Translations under genes and position numbers: made by a program
The notes under the pieces: generated by a model
Databases searched by the model: none
Told to the model about the DNA's origin: nothing
The model's input: only the letters and a program-made list of their open reading frames with translations
Shown here: positions 24,266 to 35,652 of the stretch, one piece after another
Position numbering within the stretch: the first letter of the stretch is position 1
Layout of the letters: each line of letters starts with the position of its first letter
Assembly (NCBI GenBank): GCA_004431415.1
Contig: QPMI01000168.1
Coordinates: 124,001-188,000 of the forward strand
Source: Cyanophora paradoxa CCMP329
Lineage: Eukaryota; Plantae; Glaucophyta
Direction of reading: 5' to 3'
Length of the DNA: 64,000 nt

Positions 24266-24837
24266 CTTTGCCATAGCTCGAGAAGCTTGAAGCTAGCTCA
24301 ATCGCAGAGCTTTGATAAATGATTGGCCAGTCTAATGCATATGGCCAGGGAGAGGAAGAGATCCAGATCTAGAGAGAGATGGTTGGCCAGTTAGATTAAT
24401 TAGGGGCTGGACCCGGGAGTTCGACCGCCAGTCACTGAGTCATGCCATGTTTTTTAATTTGATTCTCTTGGCGTCAAGCGCTGGCCTAGCTATAGGACAG
24501 TTGGCCGCGGGGCGTCGGCTAGCGCTAAACTTACGAAGTACTAGTTAGTAGTAGATATACTGATCATGAGCAGCATAGCTTACTAACTTTAGTAAGTATA
24601 ATATTACGTAAGCTTTAAGTTAAGCTTTGATTGCAATTACGATTGAAGGTTACTATGATATGTTAGACGCCACAGCCAACACCGTGATGGGATGCGATAT
24701 ACTATGATAAACGATGCATGTGTCTTCTTGTTGCAAAGTTGTACCGATATCAATTTTAGGCGAGATCGGTGGTTGCAAGTTGGATCGGGGTCTTAGGCAA
24801 GGCAGCTAGCTGACATCTCGTCTGACATTACATGCAA

Positions 24838-25038
24838 GCTGATATCGTCTGTCACGTAAAAACAAATCCTACCGTAGACTAGACCTGGAGCTGCTCTAAT
24901 AATAGGCAATGACTGTAGCAAACCTATTTTTGTACCTTTGTGTTATGCTTGGTACGAGACCCTTATCAGTCCTATTCGAGCAAATGACATGATTGAGCGT
25001 AACGTGCTGAGATCTTGGCAAGGCCAAGGGGATCGCCC
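24838..25038 (-). pseudogene. Decayed copy of the AMPK-beta last exon and 3' UTR
   Basis: Similar to 31366-31563; encodes LALPRSQHVTLNHVICSNRTDKGLVPSITQRYKNRFATVIAYY*. Confidence 0.9.
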
Positions 25039-25147
25039 TCGAATGCACCGGTGCAGAGGGACTTGAGCCGTAAAAAACAAAAGATCTGGCCATGAACTTG
25101 ATCCGCAGCCGCAGGTGATCGCCTAAACTGAGCCGATGAACACGTGA

Positions 25148-25662
25148 TTATGTCATGTTTTCCGAAACCCGCCTATATTCGGCCTGCGAGAGCTGTATCG
25201 GGGACCCATCGATTAACGCAGACATACAACATGCTAACCTTGAATCTCTCCTCAAGAAGCCCAACTTCGGAAATGAGGTCGTTAAGTGCCGTCTGCATCG
25301 CTTCCATAGGCGTGGAGCCCTTGCGGGTCTGCACCTGCGACGACGATAATCGGCACCGTTCTATTTCCGCTCACAGTGCGGAATCCACCCACTTTTACGA
25401 CGATGTTGTGTTCAAGAGGATGCGGGACTTTGTAGCCTGCGAACAGGACGCTAGGATCCCGCAGCAACTGCCTGAAGCACGAGTTGAGCGGGGGCGACGA
25501 GAGGGCCAGGGTTTCGCACATGCGGATGATGTTGCCGAGAGTGTGGTCCTCGCGCTCAATGGTAAAGCTGGCGGCGTCTGGGATTTTGGTGTCCTTCTGC
25601 ACGTTCACCTTCTTCGCCCCCTCGGGAAGCACGAACAGCTCGAATCGATCCGGCGCGTTCAT
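25148..25662 (-). CDS. RPB11: RNA polymerase II subunit RPB11
   Basis: [38 protein letters not shown]. Confidence 0.96.
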
Positions 25663-26048
25663 CTTTGTTCAGCGCGCCGTCTCTGCACCCCACGGGCCGC
25701 CGAATCCACTGCGTACGGAGCTGCACCGGCTCGCCGACGTTGCGCGCAGAGCTGCAGAGCGCCCCGGCGGACGGAGCGTGTGATAAAAGCTCGCCGCGCG
25801 CGGTGCTGGTCTTATCTAAACCGTGGATCCCGACGACTTCAGGCTGTACGCCATACGCCCCACGAAAAAAAAAGCGAAGCGCCCGAGCGCCGGGTCGAGC
25901 GCAACTGCAGCGCCGACGGCAACCGCACAGCGCCGGCGAACCCGCAGCGACATTTTCCTGTTCCCGGACGCGAGCCTAACCTAAAGAGTGTCGTTGACTT
26001 GAACCTTCATGCCGGTGCGCATTGTAAAGGAGGATCCACGAGAGATTT

Positions 26049-26878
<830 letters not shown>

Positions 26879-26879
26879 T

Positions 26880-26960
26880 ATTTGAACATGAGCAATAATT
26901 CGCAGCGCCTGGGCTACAAATGTGATATGTACACGGCCGCCCCGTTTCCGCCGGCCCAGC
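26880..26960 (-). repeat. Dispersed repeat family copy immediately after the PDE6D stop
   Basis: atttgaacatga..gggctacaaatgtgatatgtacac resembles the reverse complement of the core. Confidence 0.6.
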
Positions 26961-27449
26961 CAGAGCTCGTACTCGGTCACCTGCTTGCGCAGCTAGGCCT
27001 TGCGTTGCATCAACTTGCATGTATAGGTCAGCTACAGCTGCGCATGCAGGACCGGATCCGGATATCGATGTCGATCGATAGGTCTTCCTGGGCCAGAGGT
27101 TATTCGAAATTCACTTGATGCATTCATGCATATGATCAGCGCGCGTGTGCATAATTATAAGGGACTTCAGCAAATATTAATGGCAGCATATGCAGCTATA
27201 GCTAGCTGCAGCAGCGCTAGCTGGGAGCCGCCCATGCAGCGAGGGAGGGAGAGGGGGGTACGACGGCAGTACTCGCCCGCCAAAATAGCGGAATCAAGAA
27301 GCCCAAAGCTTAGCCGCGCCACTCGCTGCTCTAGCACGCGCGTGTAGCTAAGGTCACTAAACACTAAGCACTGAGCACTTAGCGTCACGTTGACGCAGCG
27401 CTAGTAGCTGGCGTGTGCAGTGCAAGTTCTGTAGCTAGCAGCCGCAGAG

Positions 27450-28347
27450 ATGCCGCCGCAGCGTTGGTACACCAACGAGGAGGTGCGGCAGCACAACACG
27501 CCGCAGGACTGCTGGGTGTCGTTCCTGGGTCGCGTGTTCAACTTGTCAACCCTGATCGCAGCAAACCCCGGTGCGTGCAGGCGGCTCTACCGCGGGCACG
27601 CCGCCTGTAATGTGCTCTGTGCAGGCATACTCGCCGAGCCCATACTGCGATATCGTGGCGAGGACATCTCCCACTGGTTCGACCCGAAGACTCAAGACGT
27701 GCACATTCCGCCTTCTTCAATTGTCGCCCGTTCACTGACAAGAGTTTTGCGCAGGTAAGGACCCACATACATCCAGTTACAAATTTGCCTGCATATTATG
27801 CGCCAGAGGGCCGCTTCATTCATCTGCCCCCTGACGACCCGGCCGAGTTTGTGAACGACTTCGGCACGCCCTGGTGGAAGGATGAGGAGAAATACATGGT
27901 GGGCTATCTTTCGAAGCACGTCCGAAAAATACGGGTGGTCAACATGCTAACGCAAGTAGAGCATCTTGTAGAGGTCTCTCTCTCTGCGTTTGCTGCTTTC
28001 TGTGACATTTGTGTACTTACTCGTCGTTTGAAATCAGGTCCCGGCTGAGGAGACACTGGAGGAAATCCTGGACAGGTACCTCCCCTACAACGCACATGCA
28101 GGGAGCTACACCTGGAAGAAGCTGGATCCGGGATCAGGCAGCTTTGTCAACCTCAACATGAAGGTGGCATTACAGGAGAACGGTGTATTTGACGAGTCAG
28201 ATGAGTATCTGGAGCTAAATCTGGACACCTCCTTCTACGTCCCGGTCTTGCACCTATATTTCAATGGTGCATCTTTGGTCATGTACGTTTTGTTGGCGGG
28301 AAGTAGCTAATTGTTCTGTTTGAGCAGACGACCTCAGCGTTGCCTGA
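27450..28347 (+). CDS. CYB5D1: Cytochrome b5 domain-containing protein 1 (ciliary)
   Basis: EVRQHNTPQDCWVSFLGRVFNL, GEDISHWFD, PWWKDE, RYLPYNAHAGSYTWK, LHLYFNDDLSVA. Confidence 0.93.
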
Positions 28348-28375
28348 GGCTGAATCCTGTGCGCACATGTTCTGC

Positions 28376-28478
28376 ATTTGGTCACCTGCATGTAAGAGTA
28401 TGTGCAACGTCCGGGCTACAAGTGTGGAATGCACACTGCAGCACCGTGCCATGGGCCCAGCCCACCAGCAAGGCCAGC
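28376..28478 (-). repeat. Dispersed repeat family copy after the CYB5D1 stop
   Basis: catttggtcac...gtccgggctacaagtgtggaatgcacactgc...ggcccagcccaccagca. Confidence 0.8.
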
Positions 28479-28918
28479 CGGGCCATGGGTTGTACCCTCC
28501 CAAGGCACGCCAGGGACTACGTATGTACATGTGCACAGATTGCTTTCAGCGTAGACACAGTCGGTAAATGAATTCACGTGCAGCCCTTGCCCAAGTCACC
28601 AGGTCAAGCCCGTGCACTGTCGACGTCATTATATACGACGTGCACTGTCGAAGCCCGAATGCGCATGCACTACGTATATATATATACATATACAGCTCGG
28701 GAAGCAGGCGGGGTAGCTAGCTATAGCGCTATAGCTATAGCCTGAGCTATTAGCCTCCTTCCAGGGGGTACACGATTATACAGCAGGTTGTCTACGTCAG
28801 CAGCAGGTTAGACGAGCTCTCTTTCCCACGTGACTCTCTCTAACGTGGTGTAGCTCCCAGCGCAGCGTATTGGTCAAGCCCGAGCAACCTCGCGCTGACA
28901 GCGACGTCGACGGCCCCA

Positions 28919-30739
28919 ATGCGTTGCCTGTCGCTGCTGCTCCTCCTGGCCGTCCTCTCCGCCAGCGCGCACGCACTGTACGGCCCTGGCAGCGCCGTCG
29001 AACTGCTCACGGCGAAGAATTTCAAGGAGAAGGTTCTCGCGTCCGACGAGCCCGTGCTCGTCGAGTTCTTCGCGCCTTGGTGCGATCTTTCTAGTTCTGC
29101 CGCGCTTTCAAAAAGCACGTATCGAACTGCGCACGCAGGTGTGGGCACTGCAAGGCTCTCGCGCCCGAGTACGAGAAGGCCGCCAAGAACCTGAAGGTAC
29201 GGACCCAGTTTGCGTACATGGTTCTGCGAAGGCTCTCAGAGTTCTTCGCTTTCTAGGGGATCGTTCGTATTGCGGCCGTCGATTGTGATGTTGAAGCGAA
29301 CAAGCCCCTCGCTGCTGAATATGGCATTAAGGTTCGCAGAGAGCAAGCATTTTACATTAATGTAGGGATTTAAACTTCAATTTGCAGGGATTTCCCACCA
29401 TCAAACTCTTTCCTGCGGAGGGCAAGAAGAATCCGTATCGGTGAGTTGGCATGTTCTGTGGAAGATTTAAGAGACGGAGCTGAGGTTATAATATAGGAAG
29501 GGCGAGTATCAGAAGACTCCGGAAGACTATAACGGGCCTCGCACCGCGAAACCCATCGCAGATTTCGCTCTCAATGCTCTGGTAAGCTGAACAAATCAAA
29601 GGAAAGACTCAGCGCATGCTCACGAGTCTGCGCAACAGCCAAGCAAGCACGTCCTACCTGTAACCTCAAAGAACCTCGAGAAGTTTCTGGGGAGCTCTCC
29701 CGAGCTTCCCCATGCGATCCTTTTCACTGAGAAGGCGACATCGCCTCTCACGAAGGCACTCTCCCTTCAGTTCAAAGGTCGACTACTTCTTGGCGAGGTC
29801 AAGAGCTCAGACAAGGAGCTGACGGCGAAGTACTCGATCGAGAAGTTCCCATCTGTCATTGTCCTCAAGCCTGGCGATGAGGCCCCAGTCGCATACGATG
29901 GCCCAATGAAGCAGCAAAATCTGCACAAATTCCTTTCTATGCACGCGGCTCCGAAGAAGCGTGTGGAAGAATCCGCAAGCGAAGAGAATTCGAAGAAGAA
30001 GCAGAAGGGCTCTGATTCAAGCTCGGAGCAGAAGGAAACGCCCCCTCCTGAGCCTGCAGGCCCCACTGTCGATGGCACCATTGTTCACATCGTGGATGAC
30101 GATTTCTCTTTCAAGTTCGCCTCATTCTGGCCTCTGTTCTTATGCTCAACCCATGTCTCACGCTGCTTAGGAACGAGACATGCCACGGGTCGGCAATCTG
30201 CATTGTTGCACTTCTGGATCCTGCAGACAGCTCGTTCGAAAAGCACACGGAGACTTTGAAGGGTCTTGCTGCAAAGCACGGGAAGCAGGGCTTGTTCCGG
30301 TGGGCCACACTCTCGCAGCCTGTATGCTTTTATGTGCTGACTCGAAAGGGCAGGTTTGTTCAGCTTGATGGCCCTGCCCAAAACATGATGATCCAAGCGA
30401 TGCAGCTTGCATCGCAATTCCCTCAGCTCATTTCTGTGTCTTTCAAGGTTCAGCAATCCGCTCATGCTCATTTCAGTGGAAATTCCCTAACTCTATCTTT
30501 CATTTGTCCCTCAGAGGGGTCGCTTTGCTCAGTATTTTGGACCTCTGGAGATGGAGGAGATTAATGGCTGGCTCACCCGAATCTCATCTGGACATGCGCA
30601 TACTGTGGCTCTTCCCCACTTCGAGATCGTTGGCTGGTCGGCTGCCTCCGAAGCGCGCAAGCAGAGCGCAGCAGCAGCAGCTGATGAAATTTCCCTGGAC
30701 GATCTCCGAGATGTTGAGGTTGGCAAGGACGAGCTCTAG
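28919..30739 (+). CDS. ER protein disulfide isomerase (one CGHC thioredoxin domain, C-terminal KDEL)
   Basis: Signal peptide, VEFFAPW|CGHCK split by an intron, KGFPTIKLF, ends VGKDEL*. Confidence 0.9.
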
Positions 30740-31015
30740 CAATTTTTTGCCGTCAAATGAAATTCAGCGCTTTTTGCCGGCTACCTAGCAGCACATCTGT
30801 GCCTGCCTCGTTGCGGTTTCATGCCACCAAGTCCGTGTCGAGATCGCACCAAAAGATACACCGCACAATTCGCGGAGGGCATGCCGCACAGCCTCCAGAG
30901 GGTGCTAGCTATATAGCTAAAATGTTCTATAGCTAGAGGGCCATGCGGTGAAAATGTTCTATATATAGCTAGAGGGCGCGGCCATGTGCATATGCATGCA
31001 GGGCTCAGCGCTAGC

Positions 31016-31163
31016 CGGCCAGTTTGCTGGTGGGCTGTCGACGTCAGGCTGGGCCCACGGGGCCCACGGGGCCGGCTGCGCATGCGGCGGCTGCATGCGC
31101 ATTGTTCATTTCGAATTCCACACTTGTAGCCCGGACTTTGGATTGAATTCGTGTCCAAATGCT
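31016..31163 (+). repeat. Dispersed repeat family copy
   Basis: ccagtttgctggtgggctg...ccacacttgtagcccggactttggattgaattcgtgtccaaatg. Confidence 0.85.
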
Positions 31164-31422
31164 GCAGGCTGCCTGCATCTCCTAAAGATCACAAAATACG
31201 AATTCGGGCCCTTGACTCAGTGACTCGGTGACATCACTTTCCGAAAAAGTTCGGATGCACGCCTTGGCTCGTACGCGTGGCATGTGGTTGGACTTTCACG
31301 GGGCAGCTGCCGAGAGGGGCGAGGGGAGCTGCTGATTCGTAGATCTAAGTGATCTGCTAGCTAGCAAGCTGATATTGCATGTCATGAAAGAAATCCTACC
31401 ATAGACTAAACCTGGAGCTGCT

Positions 31423-32374
31423 CTAGTAATAGGCAATGACTGTGGTAAACCTATTTTTGTACCTTTGTGTTATGCCTAGTACGAGACCCTTATCAGTCCT
31501 ATTTGAGCAAATGACATGATTGAGCGTAACATGCTGAGGCCTTGGCAAGGCAAGGGGATCGCCAGACGACACCTACAAACCTCTGAGCCAAAGCCAATTA
31601 GAGGTAATACCAAAGGACTTGCCTGGGTGTTCAAGAGAGTGTGGAACAAGTGAGGGGGAAGGGCTGGCGGTTCGCGTGCGAAGTCGTCCTCACTGGGAAG
31701 CTTTTGATTCCATGGGACAGCAGAGGACGCCCCTGCGAAGCCATGACCACAGCAGCTTCAGCCAGAACTCGACAAAAGAAGATACCTTGGAACTTAAAGG
31801 CATCGTCCTCGACAAGAGGGCTGTGATACGGCGTCACTTCCAAAAGATTGTTGACATTCCCGTTGTTGTCGAATGTCGTGGCCTGCTCCGGCGCGAACTT
31901 CCACTCGTTGTCAACTGCGGATGCGAATATAAGAGCACGCGCATAGGAAGCCGTGGGGTCTAGGGTGCGTGTTTTAGAGTGCGCGCCTATGAATTTGTAT
32001 TCGTATTGGCCGGGCTTGAGGGTCTGGATCGTGTTCCACTCGTTTCCGCTGCGGTGCATTGCGATCCGCTCTTTCCACCCGTTGAAGGTGCCTGTGACGT
32101 ATACCTTGTTGCCGCCTGCAGTGCAGCGTAAGGAAAGCTCGCAAGGGTCGATAGAAGAGTCGAACCATGACTCCAAGTGATCACGGTGGGCTGCGACGGC
32201 ATCAGATGGCGCAAGAGAGAAAGCGCAAGTCACGCGCGCGCGCGGCTCGAAACGCACCACCTCGACCTTCGCATCCGGGGGCTTCGCGGACGCCTGGTCT
32301 GTCTTCTCCTTCTTTTGCACCTCCGGCTTCGGCTCCACCGGCTCCACCGGCTCCCGAGAGAGCGCGGTTCCCAT
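31423..32374 (-). CDS. AMPK/SnRK1 beta subunit
   Basis: N-terminal MG (possible myristoylation), CBM48 KVYVTGTFNGW..YEYKFIVDNEW..GNVNN, C-terminal LPRPQHVTLNH..RYKNRFTT. Confidence 0.92.
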
Positions 32375-32604
32375 GTCTCTGAGTCTCTCACGGGAAGGGG
32401 TACTGCCAACTTGCAATTCGATCCTTTCACGCGGCCATGGCCACCTAGCTATAGTACGTATATACTCCAGCCATGATTCAGTGGCTCCCCGTGAGCATCG
32501 ACGGCAACGCGCAGGTACGTCTACACAGGGCCCGGCCGGCCAGGCTCAAGCTCGGTGCATGCCATGATCAATGCGCACGTGCACGTGCACGTCACGGCTT
32601 GCAC

Positions 32605-32773
32605 GGTGGGCTGCTGCACTGCCGCAGTACTAGTGCGTGCGGCAGCTGCCAGCTGCAGGCTGGCCCATGGGCCACGGCAACGTTAACGTTAACGCTGTTG
32701 CTGTGCGCAGTGTATACGTACATCCCACACTTGTATACGTAGCTCGAACGTTGCTTTGTTTCGTGCCGAAATG
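32605..32773 (+). repeat. Dispersed repeat family copy
   Basis: ggtgggctg...gcagtgta..gtacatcccacacttgta...ttcgtgccgaaatg. Confidence 0.7.
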
Positions 32774-32824
32774 CGCGAAGCCACGAGGATTGGACTTCGA
32801 CTTGGAATTTCACTCTGAACTTCG

Positions 32825-32932
32825 GAAATCGTGAGGATCCACGTCTTATCCAGACCAGGCCACCACCGCGCACGGCGAGCTCTTATCGCATGCACGCAGC
32901 TGCGTACGCAGTGAATTCTGCAGCCCTTGGGG
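32825..32932 (-). repeat. Inverted decayed copy of the RPB11/PDE6D intergenic region
   Basis: Reverse complement ccccaagggctgcagaattcactgcgtacgcagctgc..gataagagctcgccgtgcgcggtg..cgtggatcc resembles 25687-25840 with an internal deletion. Confidence 0.7.
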
Positions 32933-33048
32933 TTGACTGTGCGGGTGCCACGGGTGACTGTGTCTTGGGATTCACTACGAATTTTCATCACACAAGAGTC
33001 TTCTTCTAGTAGCTCGATTCGCTTCAAACAGAAACGAATACGCGTGGT

Positions 33049-33775
33049 TCATAGCTGCCCCGATCCAGGAGGCATGGTCATGCCAAAACTCTGCTTAAAA
33101 TTCAGCTCCAGAAAACATCAACTGAATTAGGGGGGCAGCGCACAGGATATGGGTAGCCGTAGCCACCGATGTGCCCTGGCGCACCCTGGGATCCAACGGG
33201 CTTGGGAAATTGTGGCTGCTCACCCTCTTCCTTCTCATCCCCGCTTCCCTTCTCGTTCTTCTGAGACTGAGGGCAAGGATATGTGAGCGCCCCTGTCGCA
33301 TCGAGGCAAAATTTCGGCGCTCACGTCGCGGTACTTTGCGAGGTACAGTTTCAAAGGTTCTGTGTAATTGTCGAAGCCGAGCGTGCTCATCGCCCACAGC
33401 AAATCGTCGCCGTTGATCGTTTTGCGTTTCTCTCGCTGGCACTTGTCACTGGCTGTGCGAGGGTCAAGGCGAGCGGCAGACAACTAGTTCGCGCTGCTGA
33501 AGCGCCGGCGCAAAGGATATTCGCTTGTGATGAAGCTGATGAACTCCGACACACACTCCTGCACGGTTTCCTTCGCATCCTTGGCAATCTTCGCGTTGGC
33601 CGGTAGTGCCTTCTTCATAATGCGACTGATGTTTGCTATTGGAAGGAAGCGATCCTGCTCTCGGACCTTTGGAGCGGAGGGGTGCGGGTTAGCCGTATAC
33701 CGGGATGTCAAGCGCGGCGGCCATACGTGCCTCACGGTCGGCATCCTCCCGCGCGTCACCCTCTCCCCCGCTCAT
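33049..33775 (-). CDS. NFYB: Nuclear factor Y subunit B (HAP3)
   Basis: [70 protein letters not shown]. Confidence 0.97.
33455..33520 (-). other. U12-type AT-AC intron in NF-YB
   Basis: Minus strand: ATATCCTTTG ... GCCTTGACCCTCGCAC; removal restores FITSE-ASDK. Confidence 0.94.
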
Positions 33776-34136
33776 GACCTCCTGTGAGTGGCGTGCGGCC
33801 CAGGTGCTGTCGCTGACGTTCGGAAACCTCGGCGGACGCGGCAAACGTGTGCGCTCTCCCCTTGCTACAGTGGCTATAGCCGCGCAGCTCTACCACGCAA
33901 AGAAAACTGCTCCAATGGCTAGCCGCGCAGGTCGCGCCCGGTCGACGACACGGTGACCTGTACCCCCTCTCCTGCCACCACTGGCCCGCCAGTGCCCGCC
34001 ACTGCCCGCAGGCCGCCGCCTCGCCGTCAGTTCCGGGCTCAGGACTCAGCAGTCAGGCCCACAACGGCTTAGCGCCGCTTCAGCGCAGCAGCGCCGCGGT
34101 TCGCTTCGCCGAGCGACAGACGCGTGCCGGTTCGCC

Positions 34137-35224
34137 ATGTTCGCTCGCGCGGCGCGAGCCCGGCGCCTGGTGGTTTCGATGGCTTCCACGTCGCACGGAC
34201 TCCGATCTGCGCGCTACGCGCACGGCGCGTCAGAGCGGCAGACGATCGACTTCGGGTTCCGCGAGGTGCCCTACGAGGAGAAGCAGGGCATGGTCGGCGA
34301 GGTGTTTCGTCGTGTAGCTGATAGCTACGACATAATGAACGACCTGATGAGCGCGGGCGTGCACCGCCTGTGGAAGGATCACATGGTGCGCGTCCTGCGG
34401 CCGATGCCAGGCGCGCGCGTGCTCGACGTTGCCGGCGGAACAGGTGCAGCCCTTCATGTAGAGCCTCGCGCAATCTCCCTGTTTACATCTCCGCATTGCG
34501 CTCGCAGGGGACATCGCATTTCGGATAGTGCGGGCGATGGATGCTGCAAGGCATGGCGCCACCGGTTCGGCACCCAGCTGGGACGCCGCGTACAGCACAC
34601 CGCAGTCCTCGGAGCCTAGGGGAAGCGGCTGCGTCGTGGTGTGCGATATCAACCCGTCCATGATTGAAGCTGGAAAGCGCCGTGCCCCACCTACGCAGCC
34701 GGGTGGTGCTTTCCTTTTCGGTATATTCCAAAGCTGCATCTCATTTATGCTCCAGGAACCACGCTGGAGTGGGCGGTTGGCAATGCGGAAGCCCTTCCTT
34801 TCGAAGACGCTTCGTTTGACGCCTACACGATCGCCTTTGGCCTGAGGAACGTCACGGATCGAGACGCGGCTCTCAGGGAGGCTCGCCGTGTGCTTAAGCC
34901 CGGCGGCCGCTTCATGTGTGCAGAGTTCTCCCATGTGGCGAACCCAGCTTTGCGTGCAGCCTACAACCTGTACAGTTTTCAAGTTATCCCTCTGCTCGGT
35001 CGTGTTGTGGCAGGCGATGGCGACTCCTACCAGTACCTCGTGGAAAGCATAGCAAGATTTCCAGAGCCTGTAAGTAAATTTGCCTGACCTGTATGCGTTC
35101 TTGGGGCCTTACCCACACGCAGGAGGTGCTATCGGAAATGATGCGTGATGCCGGTTTCGATTGTGTTTCGTACGAGCGCCTCTCTGGCGGAATTGTCGCC
35201 CTCCACTCAGGCTTCGCCTTGTGA
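34137..35224 (+). CDS. COQ5: Mitochondrial ubiquinone biosynthesis C-methyltransferase COQ5
   Basis: [61 protein letters not shown]. Confidence 0.95.
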
Positions 35225-35652
35225 CCTCACTACGATATACATATGTTGACTGTCGGACATCGAGCCAAAACGCACGCACGTGCACACGTGCGCACTCAAC
35301 GGGGGTGCCGGCGCCTTGCAATTGAAATTAGCCAGAGATCAAGGGGATCCGGATCACGTGCACACTCACCGAGTCGACGTCATGATCAGCCGGCGCCGGG
35401 GCATTAATATATATATTGGCAGGGCAGGCCGTATTTCCGTACCCCGACCCGCAGCTTTGCGGCGACCGGCATGGAAGAAGACACGCATTCGCTCCAGCCC
35501 GCGTGGCGCAACTTTAGATCGATTCAAGAGCGGACGTCTCGCGGCAAGAAGGTGTACTCCCGTGAAGAACTTCTTCGATGGCGCGAGGGACAGCAGCCGC
35601 GGCCGGGCACGAGCAGCCGGGCCGACGATGGTGCGCTCGACCCGTAAACCAT

